64,000 bases of DNA, from positions 162,750,001 to 162,814,000 of the forward strand of contig JAGIQG010000001.1 in the NCBI GenBank assembly GCA_024679065.1, given 5' to 3'. Source of the stretch: Sphyrna mokarran (Eukaryota). The notes under the pieces are model-generated. The model worked only from the letters and a program-made list of their open reading frames with translations, ran no database searches and was not told where the DNA came from. Made by a program: the position numbers and the translations under genes. Shown here piece by piece: positions 1-13,935 of this stretch (positions are counted from its first letter, which is position 1; every line of letters starts with the position of its first letter).

Positions 1-985
1 CTTGATTTCATTTATTGCAGGAATTGCTGGTGATGTAAGGCAAGATCGTCAGTATCCAAAACAGAGAAAAGATTTGATGTTTTGGGTTGGCAGAAGGGGT
101 ACAATCAGAAAACTAGTTTCTTATCAAAGAGGTGGAACTAAATCCTCACTGATGAACCCCATTCCCTTTTTAGGCTGGGACACCTGCTGCACTTCGTGAG
201 CATCTATTTTCAACTTTGTTCCAATTTGAAAGTGGATTCCCACATTTTGAGTTTTTCATCTCTTCCACCTTAGCTTTAGGCCTGCCACAGTCTCAGCAAT
301 TTACAAGACATCTATTTCTGTAATGTGCTTTACTTCTTTGATACATTGAGTGAAGTGAAACCACTAAGCTAACTTCAACAGCACCAAATGCCCTTAAGAC
401 TTCTGCCATTAAGAAGAACAAAATCCCAAAGAATATCAACTACAAACCCCCTCAAGTTCTACATTATAATAACTTGAATGTATATTAGTTTTACATCATT
501 GAAGAAGCAATAAACAGATAATAACTTGCATAATTATATTGAATGGGACTATAAGCAGAAAGCAGCCATCCACTATCTTCTTATGGTAATGAGGGATGGG
601 CACTAGGTTTAGCTTCAGCAACATCAGTCACAGCCAAGAATAAATTAAAAACAATTATACATTTTATGTATCTGCTTGACTATCTCCCCCCATCTCATTT
701 CTAACATTATTAAAATATCAATTTATCTTCTATTTTTTAGTCGTCTTGTAGAATGAAACAAACGCATAATTTATGATTATTACGATTAATACAGACCAAC
801 CAGTGTTTGTTCCACTCTTTTCTGTTTCCAGCATTATACTGCGGTTTCTTGTTATTACTAGAATTACCTGGATCTTGCCAAGAACGTTATCTCTTTAATG
901 TGCTGTACTGCTTCAGATATATTTGCTTAATGTATAGTTAAAAGCACAATATAAATTCCTTCAATGTTATTCAGTAATTTCATAC

Positions 986-1187
986 CTGTCTCTTGTAGGT
1001 TTCCAGCTGTGCTCGTGCAGCATTTGCCTTCCGTAACTCCTCCTCCAGACTGACTGTGTTCTGCATGTACATTGTATTCTTTTCCTCAAGGAGCTTCACC
1101 TGTCGACGCAAGTCGCCCAGATCCTCTAGTTTCTTTTTGTACGATTCTACCATGCCCTCCAATTTACTCACTTTATCAGAAGAATGC
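986..1187 (-). CDS. HOOK3: HOOK3 exon 11 (HSSDKVSKLEGMVESYKKKLEDLGDLRRQVKLLEEKNTMYMQNTVSLEEELRKANAARAQLETYKRQ); gene continues left of the window
   Basis: 202 nt; acceptor tttattgtag, donor gtatga; overlaps ORF-track entry 980..1171. Confidence 0.97.
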
Positions 1188-2045
1188 CTACAATAAAAAG
1201 AACTTTATGTAGAAAGCATCTTTATAATTGGCCTCAAGCCAATTAATTGTGTTAAAATATCGTCATCTCAACAAATACCAATTATTGCTTAATCTGACAA
1301 CAGTTTAATAAAATAGGAAAATAAGGAAAATACAATAGTGCTGTTCAAATCGTTAAATAAAAAATGTGATGGCACCAGATAAATGATACAGGGTAACAGA
1401 ATGTCAACCTCCAAAGTAGAACATAATCGTAGCTTAAACCATTTAGACAAAAATAAAATGCGTACAAGAAAGAAACTTTAACTCTGATTATGCTAATACT
1501 CAGAGGATGAACTGATCCAAGTGATATCACCAATCATTTAGGTGCAAAAGAGCTGTGAAGTATTAAATTTTGTTAACTGAGGTTTCAACAGTTCCAAAAC
1601 AACTTCAAAGGAGATATGGAAGTGCAAACAGGCAGTCATATTTTAAACAAGTTGTTCAAGTCATAGGGCTATTGGAATCTAGCAACCCACCAAAGGATTT
1701 TGATGAGCACCACAGGAGTATCAATCATTGTAATCCAGGAATTGACTGTTATGAATAAGACTGCGTACGACTGAATAGGAAAGTTAAATATATTTAAAAT
1801 TGAGTGAAGAGTGGATATTCTTCTAAAAAGACCAAAGCAAAAGGTTAACAAAGGAACAGTTTTCATTTATAAAATTCCACTGAAGTTACTAAAGGTTAGG
1901 AGAAACATTTAAATATGTAAATATATAAGGGAACTAAAACAAAGGATTGAAATTCTTATTAAAGGTAACTAAAGCACTAAAACACATTAGAAAAACTCAG
2001 GTGTAAATCAAAGAAATGAGAAGGAGAATGCAAAGCTTTAATTAC

Positions 2046-2186
2046 CTAAGGACATCCATCTCATCCTTTAAAGACTGGGCTTCTTCCGCCAGGCTGGTAA
2101 GCTCCTCATTCTGCTGTCGGAGTTCTAAGACTTCTTTCTCGAGTTCCTCACATCGAATCCGATAATCATCCTTTGCTGCTTCCAAT
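2046..2186 (-). CDS. HOOK3: HOOK3 exon 10 (LEAAKDDYRIRCEELEKEVLELRQQNEELTSLAEEAQSLKDEMDVLR)
   Basis: 141 nt; acceptor aatttcag, donor gtaatt. Confidence 0.97.
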
Positions 2187-2504
2187 CTGAAATTCATAAT
2201 TTTATTAAATTATTATATACCAGAAATTTTAAATAATTAAATCCATCCAGGTAAAATACTGCAACAATTTAATGTTACTACAAATTATTAATTGATATGT
2301 CTTGCCACGACAACTGAACATAGCCCTGAATTACATACAGAGGTGCTAGTTGAGTTCGAGGATATTAAGTTTGAAAGAATGGACCACTTCTACTCTCTAG
2401 TGACAACACCAATGCACATCCCTTTTACCAATAACTTAGTGAATACGTTTCTACCTGATAATATGTCACAGTTTCAGATTTAATCACTCATCTATACCAA
2501 ATTT

Positions 2505-2846
2505 GGGCAGCAGAGTAGCATAGCGGTTTGCACTGCTGCTTCACAGCTCAAGGGACCTGGGTTCAATTCCTGGTTTGGGTCACTGTGGAGTTTGTATATT
2601 CTCCTCATTTCTGCATGGGTTTCCTTCAGGTGCTCTGCTTTCCTCGCATAGTCCAAAGATGTGAAAGATAGGTTGATTGGCTATGCTAAAAATTGTCCCT
2701 TAGAGTCCTGAGATGCTTAGGTTAGAGGGATTAGCAGGTAAACGTGTAGGGATATAGGACTGGGACCTGGATGGGATTGTGGTCGATGCAGACTCAATGG
2801 GCCAAATGGCCTCTTTCTGCACTGTAGGGTTTCTATGATTCTATGA
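2505..2846 (+). mobile_element. tRNA-derived V-SINE (HE1-like), full length
   Basis: tRNA-like head with A box and B box (ggttcaattcc), V-domain (tgtggagtttg..ttctcc..gggtttcc..ggtgctc), CR1-type tail gggccaaatggcct...ttctatgattctatga. Confidence 0.85.
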
Positions 2847-3091
2847 AGTTAGGCCACTGCACCTAGGCTGGAAACAGAGACATTATTGGGCCACGGAGAT
2901 GGGAATAGCCCAAGTTGTTTGGTCAAGTTTATTGTGATCATTCTCCTATAGTTTTGTTTTTCATAACAATGCAAACATAATAAGGAGTATCCACAGAGAT
3001 ACTGACTTACTGGCAATGAGGATGACCATAGGATCATTTAGAAAGGAGCTTGACACTTCACATTTGTAAAGCAATGGAATTTTATTAATAC

Positions 3092-3255
3092 CTAAAGGTC
3101 TCTTCTTGTAGTTGTTCCAACTGAGTTTGTAATTGAAGGTGTCTACGTCCTGCTGGGCTGTTGGGATCTTCAATTGAATCAGAATGATTGAGACGTTCCA
3201 TAAGACTTTGATTTTCTACTAATAAACTGCCCTTTTCTTCTTGTAGAGCTGCAAC
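3092..3255 (-). CDS. HOOK3: HOOK3 exon 9 (VAALQEEKGSLLVENQSLMERLNHSDSIEDPNSPAGRRHLQLQTQLEQLQEETFR)
   Basis: 164 nt; acceptor tttatacag, donor gtatta; SDSIEDPNSPAGRRHLQLQTQLEQLQEETFR is characteristic of HOOK3. Confidence 0.97.
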
Positions 3256-5209
3256 CTGTATAAATTTAATAGAAAAAAATGACAATCGTTCTTTGATAAA
3301 GACTATACAGAAAATCCTAGGTCTAGTAAGTATTTCCTTCAAACATATCTGTTATTAAAATGGATAAATTAATAACAACTTGCACTTACAGAGTGTCTTT
3401 AACATTGGAAAAAGTCCTGAGACCCTTCCCAGAAGCATAAGACAAGAAGAAGATAAAAAGGGATTAGGACTGGTGACTATTTTGTCAAAGGTTAGGATTT
3501 AAAGGGCGTTACGAAGGAAGAGAAATCACAAGGTTTTTGGAGAGAAATCTTGAGCTTAGGGCCTCAGTGGCTAAAGGCATGTCTGCCAAACAAATTGCTA
3601 AAGTATTTTTTATGTAAATTGTGACCACAATCTTTTCACATTTAAAATTACCAGTGATATGTAGAAGTAACACTCTTAGTAGCATTTTCTAATTTAGTGC
3701 GCTATCAATTTTTGACTGAAAATCTTTCCATTAAAATGATGGGTTTCAATCTGTCTGGTTCAACAGCAAGTCCACTGTGGTGAACATTTCAATGAAAGAT
3801 GATTTGAATGTTTCTTCAATTTTTTTTGTGTACCCAAAAGTCTTTGATTTTTTTGCCATAATGTTTCCAATAAATGTTTGTCAACCTCAAACAAGGTTCC
3901 CAAAACTCAAACAAATTTTGCTCTCCACAAACTATTTTGTCTCCCCTGATAACATGATCTATTTTTCTCTCTAGAACTTCATTCCCATTTCATGTTAGGA
4001 GCTAACTTGATCAATGGCCAGCCTGTAATTAACACCGTAATCTCTCACTAAATATGGAACAGCATTTCTAGTAGTCTCTGACAAACACCTACGACACCAT
4101 TGCAATTTCCTTAGCAATCCTATAATAAATTTCACTTGTCCTGAAATTGAAAGCTATAGTGCATCCAAGCCAGCATCATGTCATACCATTTGGAAATTGA
4201 AACTTTTTAATGTAATTTCCTTCCAAAGCCTTAGCCCCTCTTCCCCTTGAATACACAACTTAAAAGTCAGCAATTTGACAAGACTAATGAAAGTCTTCTT
4301 TGGTTTGGCTTCAGTTTTTGACTCATTAGCTTCCTGTGAAGCACCTTGTAACATTTAACTATGTTAAAGGCACCAAATGAATGCAAATTCCTATTACTCC
4401 AGTTCTCCATTTCTCTGCTGTCCCACTAGCACCGATACTTGACTGCATGTTCCTGAGACTCCTTATCTGCAATAGCCATGCAAGATCAACTGGTAATATA
4501 TTCAAAATCTTACAGCTGCATATACTTCCTATCTGCACAACTTGACTTCTCGTTGTCAAACTGTTTCCTATTATGACTTCTCACATCCACATTTGCACGG
4601 TCCCTACCTCTGTAAACTCAATGATTGCAACAATACACACTGGTCTCCACAAATCACTCAATGATTTTTGAAAAAATTGTTAGGTGTCATTTTTCTCAAA
4701 TTTTTGATATTCATAATAAGGCTTTAAACAAAATAAACACATTTAAGAATATTGCAATTTGCAAAGTAATATCTAGTGAATTCACTTTTGTGATGCTTTT
4801 TCTTAAGACATCAGCCTCTCCAAAGACCCTAGACTTGCAATTGATGTTTTTGCCAAAAGCTATGACAGTTTTGAGTTGAATTTGAATTGTCCAGTCTGAG
4901 AATCTGCAATACATCTAATTTAGCAGGATGTGACAGTAATAGTCAATCAGATTTTGTGATGAAGTATTCTTTAGTTACTACTAAAAAGTCTTTCAAAGTT
5001 ATTTGTAAAAAAGCTAATGGACAAATTTCAAAAACATTACTAAGATAAAATTCATGCTGAACTTTAATTCCTGTATTCATACAAGTATAAAATGATTACT
5101 AATCGATTGTATTTTCTTGCTTTGCATTATACCAGCTGGCAAAAGCAAAAGTTCTGCCAAATAATGGCTTTGATGTTTGTGTTTACATGACACAGATGAA
5201 TAAAAACGT

Positions 5210-8150
5210 AAGAAATAAGAGGAGAAGGCCAATCAACCCTTTACAATTGCTCTGCCACTAAAAGATAATCATGGTTGATCTATCACAATTATTTTCCTGC
5301 ACTCTCTCCATTTCCCACAATTTCTTTCATTCTCAAATTTCTATTGATCTGTCTTTAACGTATTCAATAATACAGCTTTCTGAAGCAAAAAATTCCAAAG
5401 ACCCACAATCCTTTGAGTGAAAACTTCTCATTAGTTTGAAAACACCAACTGTAACCTGTAAGAACCTGCAAGGATCAGTGCTTATGCCTCAGTTACTTAC
5501 CATATGTATCAAATGGCTGAGATTACCACCTTTTATTAATCAAACTTCAGTCCATGGTAATATCATAATTGTTTATTCTAAGACTATGACCCCACCAACC
5601 CTGCATCCCAGTTCTAGACTCCACATTTACGGTAAATTTCCTCCTGGCATCCACTGACAAATTAAAAGTTCTATATGTTTCAATTAGATCATCCCTAATT
5701 CTTCTAAATTATAGGAAATATAGATCCAGTCAAACACTACCTCCTCGTCAGAACTCCTTTCATCCCAGAATCAGTTAATGAACTCTGGTTGTACTTTGTC
5801 AAAGGTGAGTTATCCTTCCTTAGACAAGAAGGGTAAAATTGTGCACCCGTACTTCAGAAGTAATCTCATTATGGCCCTATATATAAGATATATATATATA
5901 TCTTATACTCCAATTCCTTTGTAATAAAGGCGAACATCTAATTGCTTTTCTAACTGGAAACGTATGTTTTCACTTTATCTGATTCATGCACTAAAATGCC
6001 ACTGTCCCGCTAAATACTAGGAATCTTCTTCCCTTTTTTTTTTAAATTTCCCCATGTTCTATTCCTTTAGTCACATACTTGCCCACTCACTGAACCTGAC
6101 TAAATTTCTTCGCATCTTCCTCAGGGTTTAGTTTTCCACCTGCATATAGTTAGCAAATTTAGAAATATTACATTCTGTCTACTCATTGAAGTCATCGATA
6201 CAGATTGTAAACAGGTGAGGTCTGAGCACTAATCCTTGTAGTATCCCATTATTACAGCTCGTCAACTTGAAAATGACCTATTTATTTTTACTCTGTGTCC
6301 TGGAACCAGTCCTCATTCCACACTAAGATCTAATAATACTTTGCAAATAATCCCAATCCCATGATTTTTAATTTTGTATAGCATGATAATATAAAGTGTG
6401 CCATCTTATCAAAAGCTTTTTCAAAATATAAATACATTATACAATTGCCCATATCTACTTTGCACTTATAACCTCAAAGAAGTCCCAAGAGAATTTTTTC
6501 TTGTCATGAATTCATATTGATACTGCCTAATAATATTATAATTCTCTAACTACTCCAATTGGAGTATTTAGAATTTGGCAAAGAGTGACTAAGAAATTGA
6601 AAAAGATAAAGTAGTTTACAACAGCAAACTAGCAAGAGACACAAAAATAAATAGTAAAAGTTTATATAGGTGCATAAAAAGAAATTAGCAAAAGTAAATA
6701 TGTTTCCCTTACAGCAGAGACAGAAGACATTGCAAATTACCTTATCTCTAATAATAGGTTCAAGCATTTTCCCAAACTATTAATGCCAGGCTAATTGATC
6801 CACAGATCCCTGTTTTTCTCTCTTTTTCCTTTCATGAATAATCACTACCTTCTGATGCATGGAGATTTTTCTAGAATCTAGGGAATTCTGGAAGGTCAAA
6901 ACAAATGCATACACAATTTCTGTAGCTTACTCTACATGCAGCTAATCTTAGCACGTAGAACATGGAGTTCAGGGGATTTGTTAACTTGAAATACTACTAA
7001 CTTCTGCAATATTAGTTATTTACTTTTAATATCCCCAAGTTCCTCATTTGCACTATAGTTTTGAATCCTATTTCTTTGTGAAAACAGATACAAAATATTA
7101 AACATTTCTTTATTCTTAGCATTACCTCATCCATCTATATACGTAAGGGACCCTCATTTACTCTTGGTACTCTCTTTTTACATTCCCACATCATATTTCA
7201 CAATCTGTTCTTATGTTTCTTGTTGGTTTGCTTTATATGCATTTTCTCTTTCAATTTCTTGGTCATTTTTTTCTAAATTCTGAAAAACTCCCAATCCTAA
7301 GGTGTATTACACTTATTTTTAAGCAACAACCTTCAGTCTTATATTTTCCTTAACTTCTCTTAGTTACAGAGGCATCACTTTTCCCTTTTTTTGGGAAATA
7401 TACCGTCATATCTTGTAATCTAACTTCCCATTCTATCTCAGCTAACCTGCCCTCATACCTATGTAGTTTGCTGTATTAGATTAAAGACCCTAGTTTTGGA
7501 CAGAATTAAAGCCATCTCAAACACAAAAAAAACTATCAGATTATGAATACTGTTCTCTGGAGGTTCCTATAAGATTAATAAATAATCTTTCATTGTTTTG
7601 GACCTAGTATAGCACAGTCTGTTCTCCAGTCGTTTTCTCAACATACTAATCTAGAAAATTACCTTATATACAATCCATGAACACATCCTCCAAACTTATT
7701 AACTGCAAACTTTGATTTTCCAAGTCCAAATAAAAATTCAAGTCCCTTATGGTTTACCATCATTCACCTCTAATTTTCTGACTAATGTTTTACCAAACAA
7801 TACAAATACTATGAGACAGATTATAAACTACTCCAACCAGTGGTCTCCATTCCTCGCTATTTAGTGAGTCTTTCCAAATTGAATCTGTACCTTGATTTTC
7901 CAAGCCAATGTCTTTTCACGCTGCTGCCTTTATCCCATCCTTCATTATCAAGATCACCTTCCTGGTCCCCTTTTCCATTATGCTCATCTCTTCTGAAAAT
8001 CAGGTATCCTGGAATCTTTAGTTCCCAATTTGGCCACTCTGTAGCCACATCTTCCTTGTGGCTATTAGATAAAACCAATTCATTTCTATCTCTGCAAATA
8101 AAACAGCAACGTTGCTGCAGATCTTTGCACGTTCAGATTAAATGTCTTTA
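5210..8150 (-). mobile_element. Old, highly decayed CR1 LINE (endonuclease to 3' tail)
   Basis: ORF 7857..8078 WELKIPGYLIFRRD (endonuclease); RT-like segments at 6200-6900; CR1-type tail near 5210-5280. Confidence 0.7.
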
Positions 8151-9231
8151 GCTTTATCTTTTTCCTGATCTTATTTTGAAGCCGTTTGGAGGTAAAGAGA
8201 AAGGTTTAAAACTGTTTGAAGGTAAAGGGGAAGGTTTACTTGTGGAAAGAACTGATATTTAGAATAAATTATTTTCTATGGTTATTGATACCTAGATTAT
8301 AAAAATTGCAAACACTCTGATTCAGGAGAAATACCAAAAAAACCTAATCTACTTTTAAATTCAGTCAATCTATCATGTCCTCTCTGAAAGTTCCCACAGA
8401 ATCACCTCCCTGTGATATCCTATTTTAAATATGTTCACACTTACCATTAGGTTTTTATTACATTGATTTTATATTAATAGGATTTTTCAATTAATGTCAA
8501 TGAGCCTAGAATATTTACTGCAGCAATCACGTAAAATACTATATACTGAGCCAATGTCTTGCCTATTGTTGTTAATTTGTTGGGTCAGGGCAATTAAATG
8601 GGATCACAAGTTTAAAGCTTGGAGACAAAGGAATTTCATTGTTAATGCATGGAAGCCACTACTTCACGGGTAGAATGAATGCTAACAATGCAAAAGGCGC
8701 CTCCAGACAACAGATGCACTGAACCTGCAGATACTGACAGTGAACTGAAATTGTAACACTCTCCTTTGCTGCTTTATGTTTTTTTTAAAATTTTCTTTCC
8801 TGAACTTCGTAAATAACCCCCTCTATTTCCCATGTCGACACTTTGTCTAAGTTCCTCACTTGCCATCTTGTCATGTCTCTCTTCATATTTCTTATTTTAG
8901 TGTTCACATTCTGTTCATTATTCCATATCCGACAATACTAACAACAAACAATACTTATATAGTATCTTTGGAATAGTAAAATATTCCATGGAACATCTCT
9001 GGTGTATAATCAGACAAAACTGACATTGAGTCAATGAAGGATACATTAGAATAGTGACCAAAAGCTTGATCAGAGACGTAAATTTTAAGGAGCATTTTAA
9101 AGGAGTGATGAGGGAGAAGCAGAGAGTTCTGCACAGGAAATTGCAGAACTTAGGGCTTAGACAACTAAAGGTATGCTCACCAGTGGCAGAATGAAAAAAA
9201 TAACCGTCATAAAGCAAAAGATAATGAATGA

Positions 9232-10938
9232 ACAAAGAACAAAGAACAAAATAGCACGGGAAACAAGCCATTCGGCCCAACGAGCCCGCACCGCCACCCC
9301 GATGTTCCCACCTCTACCCATAATCCCTGTCTATGTTTATAGATCTATGGATTAAAAACCAAATTTGAGACAATTTAGGGAGAATTTGTTTTGCCAATTA
9401 GCCTAAGAGCACGTCTTTGGGATGTGGGAGGAAACCAGAATACCTGGAGAAAACCCACGCAAGCACAGGGAGAATGTGCAAACTCCCACAGACACAGGTC
9501 CAAATCCATGCATCTGCACAGCACAGCGATAGTCACTGAGCTGTCGTGTTGCTCAAATGGTCCAGGTCAAGCGTACACTAACGATGTGAAGCACTAGGAT
9601 ACTCTCGGAAAAAAAATCCAAGAGCAGCCCTCTCAAGACCCATCACGTGTATGCTTCTTGTTAGGGAACAAGGTGGACCAAAGCATCTGTAGGATAAAAA
9701 CAAGTACATCAATATCATCATCTATTTACACACTTGCCAGGGACTCCCAAGGCTCATGATCCCTATTTTAAATCGGTTTTCTATACCCCTCCATTCCCAT
9801 TCTGCTCACGTGCCCATCTAAGTATTTTTTAAATAACTCCAGAGTGCCTGCCTCCACCACTTTACTTGGCAGCGCATTCCATACACCTACCATGTACATA
9901 TTACAAATAGAAGAGGTCCTAGTACCCAGTACCACCCTCTGTGTGAAAAAACTCCCTCTAGCATCCAAATTATACCTTACCCCCCTCACCCTAAGCCCTT
10001 GACCCCTCATGCTATTCGAGTCCATCCTAGGAAAAAGCTTAACCCTATTTAGTCTATCGATACCCCTCAGAATCTTGTACACCTCTATTAGATCTCCTCA
10101 AAGTCCACATCTTTCTAAGGAAAATAGTCCCAATTTGTCTAACCTCTCCTTGTAACTCAGACTTTCCATACCAGGCAGCATCCTGGTAAACCTCCTCTGC
10201 ACTCTCTCCAGAGTCTCCACGTCCTTCCGGTAGTAAGGCGACCAGAACTGGACGCAGTATTCCAAATGAGGTCTAACCAACATATTATACAATTGCAACA
10301 TTAAAGGCCAGCTCTTGTGTTCTATACCCCTTCCTATAAAGGCTAGCATATCATATGCTTTCTTCACAACCTTCTCCACTTGCTCTGCCACCTTCAGAGA
10401 CTTGTGCACCTGCACCCCCAGGTCCCTTTGCGTTTCTATACTCTTAATAGGTCTACCCTTTATCACATACCTCCCCCCTATATTCTCTTTCTCCCAAAAT
10501 GCATCACCTCACATTTATCAGAATTGAATTCCATCTGCCATCTATCTGCCCAAGCTACCAGCCTACGTCCTGCTGCATCGCCTGACAATGCTCTCACTAT
10601 CCGCAAGTCCAGCCATCTTTGTATCATCTGCAAACTTGCTGATCACTCCACTTACTCCCTCTTCCAAGTCGAGCCCTGCGGCACACCACTAGTGACCGAC
10701 CTCCAGCTAGAAAAACACCCTTCCACTATACTCTGACTCCTATTACTAAGCCAGTTATTCATCCATTTAACTATCTGTCCTTGTATCCCATGAGCCTTGA
10801 CCTTCTCAACTAACCTCCCATGAGGGACTTTGTCAAATGCCTTACTGAAATCCATATAGACGACATCAACGGCTCACCCTTCGTCAACCATTTCTGTCAC
10901 CTCCTCAAAAAATTCTACCAGATTTGTAAGGCACGACC
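9232..10938 (-). mobile_element. Young CR1-clade LINE, copy A (5'-truncated, disrupted RT + long 3' UTR)
   Basis: RT motifs DFSKAFDKVPH, GVPQGS, KFADD and LVRPHLEYCVQFWSP; (TTCTTTG)n tail; flanking GAATGA duplication at 9226-9231 and 10939-10944. Confidence 0.93.
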
Positions 10939-12119
10939 GAATGACTGGGATTTTTGGTGAGGAAAAGATAATTCAAGACTGGAGTTTAACAACTTTTCAT
11001 TCAAGGTAATAAAGAAATGGAGTTTGGCACATACTTGACCAGCAGGGAGAAAAACCAGAGCAAAACCTGATATATACTGAAATTTAAGCACCCCTGGATT
11101 TAGGGTTAGGTGTAAGCAGATCAGTGCTAATGGTCAGTGCTGAGGCAGAACTTGTACTTTCTTATTCCCCTGGCACTGAAGTCAAAATGATAAATTTGAC
11201 TTTGCTTTAAAAACTATTGAAAACAGAATCACTGACATTTAGATCAGGGGCTCTCAATCAAAGGCTTGCAGCCTTTTAGGTCCACATGAAGATTTCAGTG
11301 GGACCACTGCCTTTGGCCCACAGCTTCTTTCAACACTAATCTAGTTCTTGGACAGATTCAGCTTTTACTTACTGCTAAATTAAGCCAATCAGTACCATGT
11401 CATCCATGAGGCTCACCTAATCTCTCATCTCTCTTTGTAAGAAAGCATTTCAAATACAAAGTTCAACATGAAAACAGAACTGCTGACAATATTTAACACA
11501 GTTTCACCATTTAGATCTAATAATGTTATTTCATGACTGAGATGTTTAATTCACCATTCTCTTCTAATGTTCCTCCTCCTACACACTCACCCAATCCATG
11601 CTTCTGCATAACGGACTAACCATTCTGTTTGAAATGTCAGGTCTCAGTGGGGTACAGTGAGGGTCCCAGTACAAATGGTCTGGGGAATGTAGCACTCCTT
11701 CTTCAGCAGCACTGAAAGTGTTGCCCTCATTTTTTATACAGTATATTAATCAAATCATATTTTCAACAATTAATGAAATCAAAGAAAATAAAGAGTGGAG
11801 CCATGCTCAACATTGACCGTGACATGCATTTTATCATCCAAGATATCTCCATATCTTAACAAAATTGTTTAGCACAGGTTTTGCATTAAGTAAAACAAAA
11901 ATAATAAAACATATGTTGCATTGTATAACTAATTTTTATCTAGAGAAAATACTTGTGCTACTAACGTCCAGAGAATTCTTATAACACGAGCAGGAACTTC
12001 AGAAACAAAAGGAGAGCCGCTAATTTAAAGAATGATCAAGACTCCACGTGATGGTTACGTATGTTTAGTCACAAAAGGTTAGATGGGTTTTAGTTAAGAA
12101 GTGATTGAGGGAAAACATG

Positions 12120-13030
12120 AAAAAGAAGAAGAATAAACCAAATGACTGCGAGCTTGCTCCTCCAATCATTACTGATCTTTTTACCTGAAATACACTTTAC
12201 CACCTGTTCCCCATATTCCCTCATTTAAAGGTAAAAAAATCTATCTCAACCTAACTACCAAGGGGCATCCGTTGTGTTCTCGACACCAGAGAATTCCAAA
12301 GATTCTCAAGTCAGAGTGAAGCAATTTTTTCTCATCTCAGTCCTAAATGACCCCTTATTTTTGAGATTGTTTAATGTTCCAGATTTCAAACAACCTTCCA
12401 GCATCTATCCTGTCGAGCCCTTATGCTTCACTGAGATCACCTCCCATTCTTCCAAACTCCAGATTTACTCAAGCATTCATTATAGGACAACCCCTTCATC
12501 TAGGAACCTATCTAATTTTCAATAAATTGTCTCCAAGGCACGTGTATTCTTCCTTAAATATGGAGACCAAAACTGTGCACTATTTAAATATGATTGTAGC
12601 CTGTACAATCTTCCTAATTCTTGTACATCAGTCCAGTTGCAATTTGGTAGACATTTCATTAGCCTTCCTAATTACTTATTGTACCTACATGCCAATTTTC
12701 TGCATTCTTATAAGTACAACTACACCCTCTGAACATCAACATTTAAAAGGTTTACACTTCAAAAAATTTCTGCTTTTCTCCTCTTATTATCAAAGTGAAT
12801 AACATCACACTTTCACCTGCCACTTTAATGTTAATTTATTTAACGTGTCTATGTCTCTTTGAATCCGCCTCATAGCTTGAAAGTCCTATCTTTCCATCTA
12901 TCATCAGCAAACTTTGATATAATACTCTTGGTCTTTTAGAAAGTAGTGTTGAATTGAGTGTGATTGGAGGGAAAGGCATTGGGCCCTGTGGACATTTCCT
13001 GCCATTGCTCAGTAACAGCAAACATTGCTC
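12120..13030 (-). mobile_element. Old CR1 3' fragment
   Basis: Reverse complement of CR1 RT C-terminus motifs (gagaccaaaactgtgcac, tcatcagcaaacttt); similar decayed minus-strand pieces at ~15850-16900, 18220-18700, 19860-20340, 34670-35450, 39900-40500 and 54230-54660. Confidence 0.65.
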
Positions 13031-13229
13031 CATATTCCACTGTTTACGATTGATGTTAATTTTGTTGTGCTAAATCACAGTCAGTCAGCAAACTGAAAAT
13101 TTGAACCAAATTCCCTCACTATAGATTTTATCTTCCTTCCTATCTACCATTAGAGACTGAACCAGATTATTCTCTGGGACCATGAGTTGCTAACCCAACA
13201 GCTTCGCAATCGAAAGGTCTGCCTACTTT

Positions 13230-13935
13230 CACATCAGTATCTTTGCTCTTGTTTTAGCCCAGCTGCTGCTGAATCACTCACCTATGATTTTGTTGGCTCC
13301 AAGCTCAAGCATTTTAAAGCTCACCTGACTAGTCTTCCATTCTCCATACACTCAAGCTCACCCACAACTCAGCTGCCAATTTCTTAATTCATACCAAGTC
13401 CCACTCACTCAGCAATTTGTGCTCACTGACCAACACTGGCTTTGAGTTAGAAATGCCTTGGATTTAAAATTCACAACCTAGGCTTCAAATACCTCCTTGG
13501 CCTTGCTCCTTCTGTCTCTAACACTTAGGCTTCAAATACCTCCTTGGCCTTGCTCCTTCTATCTCTAACACTTAGGCTTCAAATACCTCCTTGGCCTTGC
13601 TCCTTCTATCTCTAATTTTTTTTGCCCTCAAACCCTCAGATATTTCTGTCCCTCCAATATGACCCCTTACACATTCCTGATTTACAGCACGACCATTGGC
13701 AGCTATGACTTCATTGTCTAGCCCCAAACTGTGGTAATTTCATTCTGAACCTCAGAATTCCCCCTGTGTCCTCTGGTAAGATATTTCTTAAAACTTAACT
13801 TTTTGACCAAAATTTTGGTTATTTGTCTAATATCTCCATGAGGCTCTGTGTCAATTTTTGTCTGATAATGTTCCTGTAAATGTTATGGAACATTTTACTG
13901 GTCTTTGAAGGTGCTACATAAATGCAAGTTGTTAT
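13230..13935 (+). mobile_element. Old L2-like LINE 3' end
   Basis: gctcactgacc..cactggc, tttaaaatt and terminal gtgctacataaatgcaagttgtt; related pieces at ~3380-3590 (-), ~8940-9190 (-), ~42960-43210 (-) and ~48800-49550 (+). Confidence 0.55.
13474..13615. repeat. 47-bp tandem triplication inside an old LINE 3' fragment
   Basis: taggcttcaaatacctccttggccttgctccttct(g/a)tctcta at 13479, 13526 and 13573. Confidence 0.95.

Noticed and set aside
2505-2580. tRNA-like sequence with A and B boxes
   Set aside because: It is the head of a SINE, continuing into the V-domain and LINE-type tail, not a tRNA gene.
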